This document shows positions 28,874 through 38,677 of a stretch of 64,000 bases of DNA, one piece after another. Source of the stretch: a virus (Duplodnaviria; Heunggongvirae; Uroviricota; Caudoviricetes). The notes under the pieces are model-generated. The model searched no databases and had not been told where the DNA came from. It worked only from the letters and a program-made list of their open reading frames with translations. The stretch is taken from the IMG/VR virus record IMGVR_UViG_3300037312_000757; one strand, given 5' to 3'. The position numbers were made by a program, and so were the translations under genes. Position 1 is the first letter of the stretch. Each line of letters starts with the position of its first letter.

Positions 28874-29563
28874 ATGACAACAAAACTGATTAGCCAACAG
28901 GCACCCACAAACCCCACTCAGAACTTACTCCATACGCTGGAGAAATTCATTAAGTTCTATCAGCCCAATGTCGACTTTTTTCTCGCAGGTGGTGCTGTTC
29001 TCAAGGCATACAATCAAGAACAACTCACCACATCAGACCTCGACATCTTCTTTACCAACAACGAAGACTTCAACAAGGTCTCGGAGCTTCTGCAACAATA
29101 TGGCGACGGTCCAACCCACCATCAAAACTGCTTGATGTTCAAAATGCACCACTATGGTGACAGTGTGTTTACCAAAGAGCAGATCACTAATGCAAACGTC
29201 TGCGGTAAGCAGGATGGTGCTATTAAGATGCGGAATCACGTACCAGTGCAAGCCATCAAGGGAACGTTCTGGAAAACTCCTGAATATCTACTTGAGCATT
29301 TTGATTTCACAATATGCCAGATGATTTACAGACGCGGTTCATACATCATGACGCAAGAAGCGTATGAAGATAATCAGAACAAGATTATCCGTTTCAGTGA
29401 ACAAGCTGATATGCGGAAATTCAAACACCGCAGACTTCTGAAGTATTGCAAGCGTGGTTACACCCCAGACATCGATACGTTCAAGCGTTTGTTCTTGGAC
29501 ACTGATGCCCTACATCAAGGAGACTTTTTAGCAAATGACAGCTCAGATGACTATGACCTCTAA
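28874..29563 (+). CDS. Pol-beta superfamily nucleotidyltransferase (PAP/CCA head-like)
   Basis: AGGAV...SDLDIFF...FDFTICQ...R..KY..RGY; GTGACA-N17-TAAAGT upstream. Confidence 0.7.
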   Translation: MTTKLISQQAPTNPTQNLLHTLEKFIKFYQPNVDFFLAGGAVLKAYNQEQLTTSDLDIFFTNNEDFNKVSELLQQYGDGPTHHQNCLMFKMHHYGDSVFTKEQITNANVCGKQDGAIKMRNHVPVQAIKGTFWKTPEYLLEHFDFTICQMIYRRGSYIMTQEAYEDNQNKIIRFSEQADMRKFKHRRLLKYCKRGYTPDIDTFKRLFLDTDALHQGDFLANDSSDDYDL

Positions 29564-30056
29564 TCAGATTCGAGAAGTACAAAACGCAATGGTCATGAGT
29601 AAACTGGCCGAAAGCATTGAATGCGTTCAAATCCCAGACGCCACACCTTCACAACTTGTGATCGTGAGTGGTATGCCGTTTTCTTTCCGTGCTTTTGTTC
29701 TGTTCAGCACTGGCCTCCTCCGCAGTGAAGGGAAGAGCATTTACGACAAAAGCACTTTGGACGACATTAGAGCACTCTGGGAGGCTCTAGAATACAAGTA
29801 CGAGCCCAGGGAGCAGAACTGGGCGAAAAAGGCCACAGCGTCAGGATGGCGGCCATCGCCAGAGTATTTGGAAAAACTGCCAGACAACAAGATGATTGAT
29901 ACGATTCTGCTTGTTATTCGTGGTATGGCGAAGAAAATCGCAGGGGATGAGGAGGATGACAAAGATCCGATTGGGTCTTTGTTTAACTACAATTATAGGG
30001 CCGTAGACTACAAGCCATTGATGCAAGCAGTCTACGACAAACTCATCGAGTATTAA
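29535..30056 (+). CDS. hypothetical protein
   Basis: Overlaps the NTase stop; convergent with the next gene. Confidence 0.65.
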   Translation: MTAQMTMTSNQIREVQNAMVMSKLAESIECVQIPDATPSQLVIVSGMPFSFRAFVLFSTGLLRSEGKSIYDKSTLDDIRALWEALEYKYEPREQNWAKKATASGWRPSPEYLEKLPDNKMIDTILLVIRGMAKKIAGDEEDDKDPIGSLFNYNYRAVDYKPLMQAVYDKLIEY

Positions 30057-30292
30057 ACTTGAAAGTCTAGTTCGACAATCAAATTATTGTCACCAAGCAG
30101 CTCGCGGACGAAAGTCTCGAGCTGTTCTGCCACCTGAGCAATGGTTTGCTCTGCCAGCATTGCAACTACCAACTGTTGAATTTGTTCTTGAACCTCTGGT
30201 TCGATATCAGCGATTACGACGTTTGATTTGACCAGACGGTGGATGTTGACTTGAATTTGTACTGGTACTGATTGTGTAATAAGTTGTGCCAT
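30053..30292 (-). CDS. hypothetical protein
   Basis: ORF with AAGG RBS. Confidence 0.6.
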   Translation of the reverse strand: MAQLITQSVPVQIQVNIHRLVKSNVVIADIEPEVQEQIQQLVVAMLAEQTIAQVAEQLETFVRELLGDNNLIVELDFQV

Positions 30293-30337
30293 TTTATTGC
30301 CTTAATAAGAAATGAGAGGGGATTACTCCTCCATTCC

Positions 30338-30598
30338 TTATTTAGCGATGTGCGGCAACTTATGAAAGATCTCTTGAAGCTGCGCCAGATGTGACTGGGA
30401 GTTCTCGATCTGATTCTTGTGAAGGGAAATGATATCCATCATCAACAGCTTCAGCATGTCGTTCACCGCAGAGATCGACGCGAGTTGATTCTGCAGTTCT
30501 TCAATTTGAAGCTGTTGTGTCTGGATGATTTTGTCACGCTCCTCAAGATCGTTCTGGAACTTGAGGAGGGATGAGCCTAGATCAATAATGTTGGACAT
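30338..30598 (-). CDS. coiled-coil hypothetical protein
   Basis: Heptad pattern; abuts the upstream stop. Confidence 0.65.
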   Translation of the reverse strand: MSNIIDLGSSLLKFQNDLEERDKIIQTQQLQIEELQNQLASISAVNDMLKLLMMDIISLHKNQIENSQSHLAQLQEIFHKLPHIAK

Positions 30599-30952
30599 TT
30601 ACTCTTGAGTATCGCGAATCTTGGGTTTGCGCCCGCGTCGCTTCTTTAAGCGTTCAATGCCATCTGCACTGACACCTTTAGCGACCGCAAAGCGTTGGGG
30701 CTTTTGGCCATCAATGGTCAGTACGTCATACGAGAAGATAACTGCTTCACTGCCATCATCCGTATTTACAACATTCAAAATCAACGAAGGATGAAGCGGA
30801 GTTGACGTGACACTCTTCACATTGAACGTTGTGCGCTTCTTTGGACGCATCGTGCCGTCCTCGTTAACGCCAATGTAATCTGCTTCGATCTTTGTTGTTT
30901 CTTTAATGAGCTTCTTCTCAACTAGCTTAGCCAGCAGGGTCTCTTTAATCAT
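30599..30952 (-). CDS. hypothetical protein with basic C-terminus
   Basis: IDG..P.R.A and KKRRGRKPK (AT-hook-like); coupled to both neighbours. Confidence 0.65.
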   Translation of the reverse strand: MIKETLLAKLVEKKLIKETTKIEADYIGVNEDGTMRPKKRTTFNVKSVTSTPLHPSLILNVVNTDDGSEAVIFSYDVLTIDGQKPQRFAVAKGVSADGIERLKKRRGRKPKIRDTQE

Positions 30953-31569
30953 TATGGTGTCTCTGTGATAAGTGTTTCAGTCAATACTACCTTTTCGATC
31001 TTGCGGATACGGCCGCTTTGTGCCAATTTCACCATCAGAACATCTGATTCATCGCACAAATATAGCTTGATGTGCCGCCCATCGCTGTAATGCAAGCGAT
31101 CATTGACTAGCGGGCCTTCTTCAACTTCAAAGAAGCCTGCCGTCCAGTCCCGGATCTCGTCCCGAACCATGCGGTCACAAAGCTGTAACGTCACGCACCA
31201 ATCGAATTTGCCATAAAACAACTTCTCACGAACCACCAGCTTATGGTCGTCGTTGTGCAGTTCAGTTTGCTTTTCGCTAAGAGGTTTCCAAACCTCTCTG
31301 ATATTCCCTTTAAATTTTTCGATGAAGTGGTCGAAATCATCTTGGTGTTCAAAGAACACCACCACATTATCGTAATTTGAGATGTACCGCCAGGACTTTA
31401 CTTCTTCATCTGGGCAATGCTTAAGAACTGTGACCAGTTCTTTACTGCGCTTTGCTGCATCCCACCAATTAGAATAAGTGGTCTTCATGGACACAACAAT
31501 TTTAAATGAATACTTGCCCCAGAAAAGATGAGTGATTGTTTTTGTTGGGTATTGCGATTTAGTTGCCAT
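30952..31569 (-). CDS. hypothetical protein
   Basis: Two internal LF(W/Y)GK(Y/F) repeats. Confidence 0.7.
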   Translation of the reverse strand: MATKSQYPTKTITHLFWGKYSFKIVVSMKTTYSNWWDAAKRSKELVTVLKHCPDEEVKSWRYISNYDNVVVFFEHQDDFDHFIEKFKGNIREVWKPLSEKQTELHNDDHKLVVREKLFYGKFDWCVTLQLCDRMVRDEIRDWTAGFFEVEEGPLVNDRLHYSDGRHIKLYLCDESDVLMVKLAQSGRIRKIEKVVLTETLITETP

Positions 31570-31667
31570 TACTTCATACTGCGCCGAATTCAGCCACGGG
31601 TGGTCTAGCCACCCGTGTGTTCAGTCTATTAGTGTTTAGGTACTGCCTACCGCCCTAAGGCTGTCTC

Positions 31668-33980
31668 TTAGACAGCCACAGCTTCTTCAGCTGCTTTCGT
31701 TGTCTCGGCAACTCGGACAACGATTTCACCATCGACCAGTGCAACTTCGATCGTCGTGCCTTCCTTGTGACCACCAAACAGGATTTCACGCGACAGCGGT
31801 TGCTTGACCTTGGTATCGATCACGCGACTGAGGGGACGTGCGCCCATCTGCGGATCGTAACCCAGAACTGCCAGCTCTGCCATTGCTTCGGGTGTAACCG
31901 TCAGCGTAATGCCCTTCTTCGCAGCCTTCGTGATCGTCTGTGAGAGGAACTTCTGCACAATGCTGATCATGTTGATCGATTGCAGACGACCAAACTTCAC
32001 AACAGCATCCAGACGATTGCGGAATTCAGGCGAGAACGTCTTTTCAACCGCCTTGTCGACTTCACCAGAACGCGTTTCTGTAGCGAAGCCAACTGCCTTG
32101 CCTGCTGCCATCGTTGCGCCCGCGTTCGACGTCATGATAACATAGACGTTGTTGAAATACACGGTCTTGCCATTGCTGTTGGTAATCTTGCCGTCATCAA
32201 ACACCTGGAGCAGAATGTTGTAGATGTTCGGGTGCGCCTTCTCGAACTCGTCGAGCAGCAACACGCAACTTGGCGACTGTTCGATCGCGTTCGTCAGCAA
32301 GCCGCTACCAGCACCACCTTCACCGTGGCCAACATAACCAGGAGGTGAACCGATCAGCTTCGACACCGAGTGTTGTTCCATGTACTCAGACATGTCAAAC
32401 TTCACCAGCGGAATGCCCATTGTGTCAGCCAGGGTACGCGCCATTTCCGTCTTACCGACGCCGGTCGGACCAACGAACAAGAACACACCAGCAGGCTTGT
32501 TATCTTCACGCAGACCAGCACGCGACAGATACACAGCGTTCGTCAGCGATTCGATCGCTTGATCTTGACCGAACACATTCTTACGCATGTTGGGATCCAG
32601 CATACGCAGCTTCGAGACTTCATCTTCTGCCACGTCAGTCGACGGAATGTTACCCAGCTTCGCTACTTCGAACATGATCTGTTCGACGTCGATCACACGG
32701 AGACGGTTTTCTTCACCTCGAGCACGGTCACGCGCGCCAGCTTGGTCGATTGCGTCGAATGCCTTGTCCGGCAGGAATTGGTTCGGGATGTATTGTGCAG
32801 TCAGTTCAACTGCCTTGTCGATCGCTGCTTCAGTGTACGTGACACCATGGTGCTTTTCGAAACGTTCCTTCACACCACGCAGAATCAGCTTTGCTTCTGC
32901 GATCGTCGGTTCGTTCACCATGATCTTCTTGAAGCGACGGAGCAGTGCGCGATCCTTCTCGAACTTTGCACGGAACTCGTCATACGTAGTGCTACCGATC
33001 ACACGCAGTTGTCCGCGCGCCAATGCCGGTTTCAGCAAGTTCGACACGTCCATCGAACCCTGCGAGCCACCACCTGCACCCATGATCATGTGGATTTCGT
33101 CGATGAAGAGAATCGGCTCTTCGATCAGTTCAAGCGCTTTCAGGATGTTCTTCATGCGCTCTTCGAAGTCGCCACGGAACTTCGTACCAGCGACCAGTGC
33201 GCCAACGTCGAGGCTGTAAACCGTCGAATTATGCAGCACTTCCGGCACCTCCTTGTTCACGATCTTCAGCGCAAGACCTTCGGCGATTGCCGTTTTACCG
33301 ACACCAGGTTCACCAACCAGCACAGCGTTGTTCTTCGTGCGACGCGCAGTGATCACAACCAACTGATCAACTTCTTCCTCGCGGCCGATCATCGGATCAA
33401 GCTTGTCTTCTGCTGCCAACTCGTTGAGGTTCTTCGCATATTGCGCGAGATACGCAATCGCGTCTTCCTTCGTCTTGATCTGAACTTGCTGACCACCTTC
33501 GCCACCCATGCCTGCAGGTGCGCGACCTTGAGATGCACCAGTCGAACCAGTGCCATGCGACAGGTAGCTCTTGACTGCTTCCAGCGTGATACCTTCTTCG
33601 AGAAGGAAGACCGCAGCGTGGCTGTTGTCTTGTTGCAGAATCGTCACGATCAGGTCAGTAGCGCGTACTTCTTTGCGGCTGCTGAAAATCACTTGCGCGA
33701 CAGCGGTTTGCACAACACGTTTCAACGCGTCAGTGTCGATGGGTTCTTGACCAGCCGAAACCGTCGGGACCATGCCGTGATCGAAGAACTGGGTGAGACG
33801 AGCGTTGATTTCGCCTTCATCGCCATTCAGCTCCTTGATCAGCTTCTGGACGTCTGGTTCCACCATCAGCGCCTGAAGCAAGTGTTCCAGGGTGACGTAT
33901 TCGTGCTTGAGCGTAGCTGCGAGATCGTATGCGACCTTGAGAACTCGCGAGATGTCGCTCATATTGATATCATTACTCAT
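31668..33980 (-). CDS. clpA: ClpA-type AAA+ unfoldase
   Basis: Clp N-domain [10 protein letters not shown]; Walker A motifs GEPGVGKT and GPTGVGKT; [11 protein letters not shown]; DMSEYME; PPGYVG; VGF ClpP-docking loop. Confidence 0.95.
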   Translation of the reverse strand: MSNDINMSDISRVLKVAYDLAATLKHEYVTLEHLLQALMVEPDVQKLIKELNGDEGEINARLTQFFDHGMVPTVSAGQEPIDTDALKRVVQTAVAQVIFSSRKEVRATDLIVTILQQDNSHAAVFLLEEGITLEAVKSYLSHGTGSTGASQGRAPAGMGGEGGQQVQIKTKEDAIAYLAQYAKNLNELAAEDKLDPMIGREEEVDQLVVITARRTKNNAVLVGEPGVGKTAIAEGLALKIVNKEVPEVLHNSTVYSLDVGALVAGTKFRGDFEERMKNILKALELIEEPILFIDEIHMIMGAGGGSQGSMDVSNLLKPALARGQLRVIGSTTYDEFRAKFEKDRALLRRFKKIMVNEPTIAEAKLILRGVKERFEKHHGVTYTEAAIDKAVELTAQYIPNQFLPDKAFDAIDQAGARDRARGEENRLRVIDVEQIMFEVAKLGNIPSTDVAEDEVSKLRMLDPNMRKNVFGQDQAIESLTNAVYLSRAGLREDNKPAGVFLFVGPTGVGKTEMARTLADTMGIPLVKFDMSEYMEQHSVSKLIGSPPGYVGHGEGGAGSGLLTNAIEQSPSCVLLLDEFEKAHPNIYNILLQVFDDGKITNSNGKTVYFNNVYVIMTSNAGATMAAGKAVGFATETRSGEVDKAVEKTFSPEFRNRLDAVVKFGRLQSINMISIVQKFLSQTITKAAKKGITLTVTPEAMAELAVLGYDPQMGARPLSRVIDTKVKQPLSREILFGGHKEGTTIEVALVDGEIVVRVAETTKAAEEAVAV

Positions 33981-34484
33981 GTGCGCATGTTCCTCTTCAA
34001 TTTGCTTTGGCGCTGTCTTGCAATCTGGAGCGATGCTCCTCCGACCTTAGATGTGAATACGATGCCATCTAAATGTTCAAGTTCGTGCAAAAAAACATCT
34101 TGCATCGATACCTTGCAACGATTCTACAACAAAATTGCCAGTTGTGTTTTGATATTTGCCAGTTATTTTTTCTGGCCGTTTCACACCCAGGTAAAGAAGT
34201 GGGAAACTTAGACATCCTTCCGTCCCAGATTGGGCTTCCTCTGAGACTTCCAGAATTTCTGGGTTGTAGCAAGTGATGAACGTGCCATCTTGCTTCTGCA
34301 TGACGAAGAAGCGCTCGCTAATACCAACTTGGGGAGCGGCGAGACCAATGCCACTACTTGCTTGCATCGCCTCTACCATTTGACCTTCGAGAGTAGATCG
34401 TTCTTCTTCAGTCGACTGGCTGAAATCATACTCAGTCGTTTTCTGCTTCAAAACAGGGTTATTCTCGTCTACTAATTTGAGCAT
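33977..34484 (-). pseudogene. def: peptide deformylase with a 1-nt frameshift in a homopolymer (artefact or slippage site)
   Basis: GIGLAAPQVG and EGCLS are in frame. HELEHLDG appears only if the A7 run at 34089-34095 is read as A6. The corrected ORF ends in an ATGA overlap with clpA. Confidence 0.85.
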
Positions 34485-34839
34485 TCGATAAGTTGCTATC
34501 TAAAATGGCGCGCACTTTATTGATTGCGCTTTCAGCTATTCTAGCACAATTTGGCACATTGCCTAGATGCGTGATGTGCCGTATGTCAAATCTTTCTTGC
34601 AAAGTGGCTTGCCAAATCTTCTGGCGTATGTTTGCCACTTCTTCAAAAGTCATCGTGTTTTCTTTTCTAACGCCAACCTCCTGATCATGCAGGTAGTATT
34701 CGGCGTTCATGATCTCAGTATCGATCTGTTGGGTATAGCCGGCGCAGTCAAGAATGTCTCTCGACTGCGCATGGACTGAAAAGCTGATGAAACACAATAG
34801 AACGGCAAAAATTCGCACGGTTCCCTCCGGTGTAATCAT
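34459..34839 (-). CDS. hypothetical exported protein
   Basis: Signal-peptide-like N-terminus ending in VHA; two Cys in the predicted mature part. Confidence 0.6.
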   Translation of the reverse strand: MITPEGTVRIFAVLLCFISFSVHAQSRDILDCAGYTQQIDTEIMNAEYYLHDQEVGVRKENTMTFEEVANIRQKIWQATLQERFDIRHITHLGNVPNCARIAESAINKVRAILDSNLSNAQISRRE

Positions 34840-34874
34840 TCACTCACCAGATGATTACACCGTTGGAAATAAAG

Positions 34875-35789
34875 TCAATAGTCGAGGTTTTGGATTTCAG
34901 CTGCGAGTGCTGAATTGACAGAATCAGGCCAATGCATGTTCAGCTCAACGAAAAGGTCCCCACGGACCTTCGTGTTCATTACTGACATGCCGTGCCCTGG
35001 GATACGAATGCGCGTGCCTGGCTTTGTTCCAGGACGAATGGTGATGTCGAATTCGGTGTCATCGATCGTACCAATTCGAACTTGCGATCCGCCGAGAAGA
35101 TCCAGCACGTGAATGTCTTTCTTCAGAACCAAGTTCTGAGCTTCACGTATGAATTCTTTGTGTTCGGTGACTGTAATGTGAACGTAAAGGTCGCCAGCAG
35201 GACGGCGAGTGTTTCGACGTGAACCAGCTGCCGCACAGCGAATCTTCTTACCAGTGTCGATACCAGCAGGAATGTTCAACAACACTGAGCGACGTTCACC
35301 GTCGATGGTGTAGGTGACAGTGGTCTGTTTACCCTTGAACGCTTCTTCTAGGGTGATTTGCATGTCGAAGTATGCGTGCTCGTTTGCTCGTTCGTATTCG
35401 TAATCATAGTAGCTTTGCCTACCTTGATTCGTCTTACGCATCCATTCATCTGCATCATAGGACCAGTTGGCGTTTCGGTCAGCTTCCTTGAAGTCTTTGA
35501 AGATGTCGTCCCAGTTATAGCGCCGTCCCGTCGAGTATTGGGAGTCGTTGTCATTGAACTTAGTGCTGTACTTGGAACGACGCTTACGGTCATAGACCGC
35601 GCGCTTTTCTGTCGTTTCGACAGTCTCGAACGCTTCTTTCACACGTTTGAAATTCTTCTCAGCTTCCTCGATGTTATCGGGGTTCCGATCCGGGTGCCAT
35701 TTCATGGCAAGCTTGCGATACGCCTTCTTGATCTCGTCGTCGTTCGCAGTCTCGGCTACTCCTAGAATTTCATACGCACTTTCGTTCAT
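34875..35789 (-). CDS. DnaJ/CbpA-type co-chaperone (no zinc finger)
   Basis: J-domain KKAYRKLAMKWHPDRN; C-terminal ITLEEAFKG, IPAG, GDLYV, GDLFV. Confidence 0.92.
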   Translation of the reverse strand: MNESAYEILGVAETANDDEIKKAYRKLAMKWHPDRNPDNIEEAEKNFKRVKEAFETVETTEKRAVYDRKRRSKYSTKFNDNDSQYSTGRRYNWDDIFKDFKEADRNANWSYDADEWMRKTNQGRQSYYDYEYERANEHAYFDMQITLEEAFKGKQTTVTYTIDGERRSVLLNIPAGIDTGKKIRCAAAGSRRNTRRPAGDLYVHITVTEHKEFIREAQNLVLKKDIHVLDLLGGSQVRIGTIDDTEFDITIRPGTKPGTRIRIPGHGMSVMNTKVRGDLFVELNMHWPDSVNSALAAEIQNLDY

Positions 35790-36190
35790 TTGGCTTTTTT
35801 GTCAGTAGTCGCTGGGGTTGCCACCGCTTGCGGGGTGCCACTTTGTTGCGACTTTAACACATCTGCCAAATAATCAATAGTCTTCTTTTGTTCGAGAATG
35901 TATCGACGAAGTTCCTGCACGTTTGAGATCATGATCTCCATATTGGAACGATCAAGTACGTAGAACTGGGCCGTAGGGTTGGCCTGAAGTTGTGACTGGA
36001 AAGTACCAAATGTTTGCGCAGTAACCAACTGATACTTCATGTTTTGCAAGTTAGTTGGTGTAGGAACAGGGATTGAAACTGGTGGACGATCAGCAATCGT
36101 AGTCACTGCGACTGGTTGCTGTGTTGCACAACCAGCCATAACGGCAACTGCGCCAATTACTGCCAGCCATTTACTGACGTGACGCATCAT
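35786..36190 (-). CDS. o-spanin-like lipoprotein
   Basis: Lipobox VMAGC followed by a Pro-rich segment; overlaps the i-spanin end. Confidence 0.7.
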   Translation of the reverse strand: MMRHVSKWLAVIGAVAVMAGCATQQPVAVTTIADRPPVSIPVPTPTNLQNMKYQLVTAQTFGTFQSQLQANPTAQFYVLDRSNMEIMISNVQELRRYILEQKKTIDYLADVLKSQQSGTPQAVATPATTDKKAK

Positions 36191-36614
36191 TTACATCCTG
36201 AAAAAGTTGATTGATGTTTGTATTGATCTGGCTTTCTGCCTCAGTTGGCTTTGACTTAACCAGATTCTGATACTGTTGACTGTTGAAAGTAGTCGAAACC
36301 TTGTTGGAATTCATACGGATTTCAGCAATCTGCTTGTTATAGCTGTCAGTCAAGATCTTCAGGTTAGCCAGATCACTCTTCATCAAAGCCTGAGCCGCAT
36401 TGGCTTGGTTGATGGCGATCTGTTGTGCTTCAATCTGCTTTGTCAGAGTGTCAATCTTGTTCTGCTCATAGCTGAGGTACCATCGAACGCCGAAGAATCC
36501 AGCAACAATGGCTCCCAGGAAAAACAGCGTCAGGTATAGCTTGGCACTGGTGAAGATAGCTCCGATCGGGGTTGCCTTTGCAGCAACTTCTACGGCTTCT
36601 GTAGTTACGCTCAT
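36171..36614 (-). CDS. i-spanin-like protein
   Basis: Single N-terminal TM followed by a long coiled coil; late motif upstream. Confidence 0.7.
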   Translation of the reverse strand: MSVTTEAVEVAAKATPIGAIFTSAKLYLTLFFLGAIVAGFFGVRWYLSYEQNKIDTLTKQIEAQQIAINQANAAQALMKSDLANLKILTDSYNKQIAEIRMNSNKVSTTFNSQQYQNLVKSKPTEAESQINTNINQLFQDVNDASRQ

Positions 36615-36724
36615 AATTTGCTCCAAAAATATGGTCCCGGTATTTATGCCGGGACCCTTACGTACAGCTTACATTTTGTTACGATTGCGGAAGCTTAGAA
36701 GATCAAAGCTCTTTGATGGTTACA

Positions 36725-38668
36725 TTATGACGCCAAACCCAAGAGTGTTACTGATACTGATGCAATAGTCGCATCGGCTGATGCTGGTGCGGTAACCGTC
36801 AGCACTTGACCAGGACTCAACGAGAACGATGAACTTGCAGTAAATGTTGCAGTATTCGATCCAGCGGCAAATACCATTGTGCCAACGTCTGTGCCATTTG
36901 CATTAATCGTGAACGTAGTTGATGCGGTTGGAACAACGGCTGCATAACCTTGAGAGTTGGTCAATCCAGCAGGGAATGTTACGGTGCGTCCACTAACAAA
37001 CTGAACAATCAGTTGATTTGCAGCAATTGCACCAAAAGCGCGATCTTTCACGTCATAGTATTTCTGTGCCTGAACAAACGCTGTTGTGGCCAGTGTGGTT
37101 GAGCTATCAGTCAGACGTGGCGTTGGAGCAGTTGGAGAACCGCTGAATGCAGGGCTTGCCAATAGAGCACCACCAGCATTTGCAATATCTGCTTGTTGAA
37201 GAGACACGGCCCCGGCACGTCCATTAAAAGATGTCACAGCGCTACTGGAAATAGCAGTCGCAACGAATGCAGTTGTTGCCAGATTTGCTGAATTATCCCC
37301 TGCCGCTGGTGTAGGTGCTGTTGGTGTGCCACTAAAAGCTGGACTCACAATATTCGCTGGTGTGAAGCCAATAGCGGTAGTCACGTCATCCGACGTCAAC
37401 GTAACAGGACCCAATCGAGTATTGAACGAGGTCACTGAGTTGTTCGCAATTGCAGACTTAACGAACTGAGTATTCGCCAAGACATGTGAATTATCAGCAG
37501 CTGACGCCGTTGGTGCAGTTGGTGTACCACTGAATGCTGGCGAAGCCAACAATGCACCACCCGCTGAAGTAATGTCGTTACCATTGAACGTAACTGCACC
37601 AGTACGGGTATTGAATGATGTTACTGCACCAGATACAGCAGTTGATACAGCTGATGTAACGAATTCTGTTGTTGCAATCTGAGTTGTGTTTGTGCCTGCC
37701 GTCGCAGTTGGAGCCGCTGGAGCTCCAGTAAATGTTGGTGATTCAATCAAAGCACCACCAGCATTAGTCAAGTCAGCAGAAGTAAGCGTAACGTTACCGC
37801 TTCGTGTGTTAAACGAAACCACACCCGTCGCCGCCGGCTTGTTGATCAGATCATTGTAGTCACCTGAGTAAGCCGCATTTGCAAGGAACAGACCAACCCA
37901 CTTGCTTGAATTCTTGTCAAACGCCAAAACCTTCTTGTCATCGGCGGCTGTTTCTGTGACATTTACGTCGGTCAAACCTGAAAGAGCACTAACGGTTGGC
38001 ACAGTCAAAGTTCCATCTGCGGTAATGTTTACACCATTACCAGCCTTGACGCCACCAAGGATAGTGTTCGTAGCAACAGGAAGAGAATATGGCGCTGGGG
38101 TGTTTGCAAGGTCAGTGTATGATCCTGATGTTGCCACCGCAGACAATGATGGCAAATTCTGCAAATCTGAGTAAGAACCAGTCTTTGCCACCGCAGCCAG
38201 TTGTTGAGCCACCCATTTTGTTTGGCTATTGCTGAATGCTAGGAAATATCCGTCAATACTTGCACCTTCCGTCACTAGAACGTCAGTCAATTGCTCAAGT
38301 TGCTGCGCCCCCGAATCGATATGCAAGTTTGCAATAGCGCTTGTAACAAATGCGGTGGTAGCAATCTGTGTTGAGTTAGCACCAGGTGTTGCAGTGGGTG
38401 CTGTTGGAGTACCAGTAAAGGCTGGCGAATTGGTTCCAATCGGAGTATAACCAAGTGCGAGGGTCACGTCTGAGGATGTCAGAGTAATATCACCCCTACG
38501 TTGGTTGAAAGAAGTAATACCACCAACCTGTACCATTTGGCCAGTAGTTCCATTCTTCTTGACGATATAAAGCGCACCATCAGCATTGTTGATAGCAATG
38601 TCAGTGAGTGCCATCTGGCTTGGTGCTGGAACTTCACCAGACACCAATGAATTTCTAATAATACCCAT
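36725..38668 (-). CDS. tail fibre protein
   Basis: Repeated SPAF(S/T)G.PTAPT...ATTAFV and VTSFN.R.G.V.L units. Confidence 0.8.
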   Translation of the reverse strand: MGIIRNSLVSGEVPAPSQMALTDIAINNADGALYIVKKNGTTGQMVQVGGITSFNQRRGDITLTSSDVTLALGYTPIGTNSPAFTGTPTAPTATPGANSTQIATTAFVTSAIANLHIDSGAQQLEQLTDVLVTEGASIDGYFLAFSNSQTKWVAQQLAAVAKTGSYSDLQNLPSLSAVATSGSYTDLANTPAPYSLPVATNTILGGVKAGNGVNITADGTLTVPTVSALSGLTDVNVTETAADDKKVLAFDKNSSKWVGLFLANAAYSGDYNDLINKPAATGVVSFNTRSGNVTLTSADLTNAGGALIESPTFTGAPAAPTATAGTNTTQIATTEFVTSAVSTAVSGAVTSFNTRTGAVTFNGNDITSAGGALLASPAFSGTPTAPTASAADNSHVLANTQFVKSAIANNSVTSFNTRLGPVTLTSDDVTTAIGFTPANIVSPAFSGTPTAPTPAAGDNSANLATTAFVATAISSSAVTSFNGRAGAVSLQQADIANAGGALLASPAFSGSPTAPTPRLTDSSTTLATTAFVQAQKYYDVKDRAFGAIAANQLIVQFVSGRTVTFPAGLTNSQGYAAVVPTASTTFTINANGTDVGTMVFAAGSNTATFTASSSFSLSPGQVLTVTAPASADATIASVSVTLLGLAS

Positions 38669-38677
38669 TTGCTATCC

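Noticed and set aside
32370-34211. 613-aa plus-strand ORF
   Set aside because: Antisense shadow of clpA caused by codon bias; no recognisable motifs
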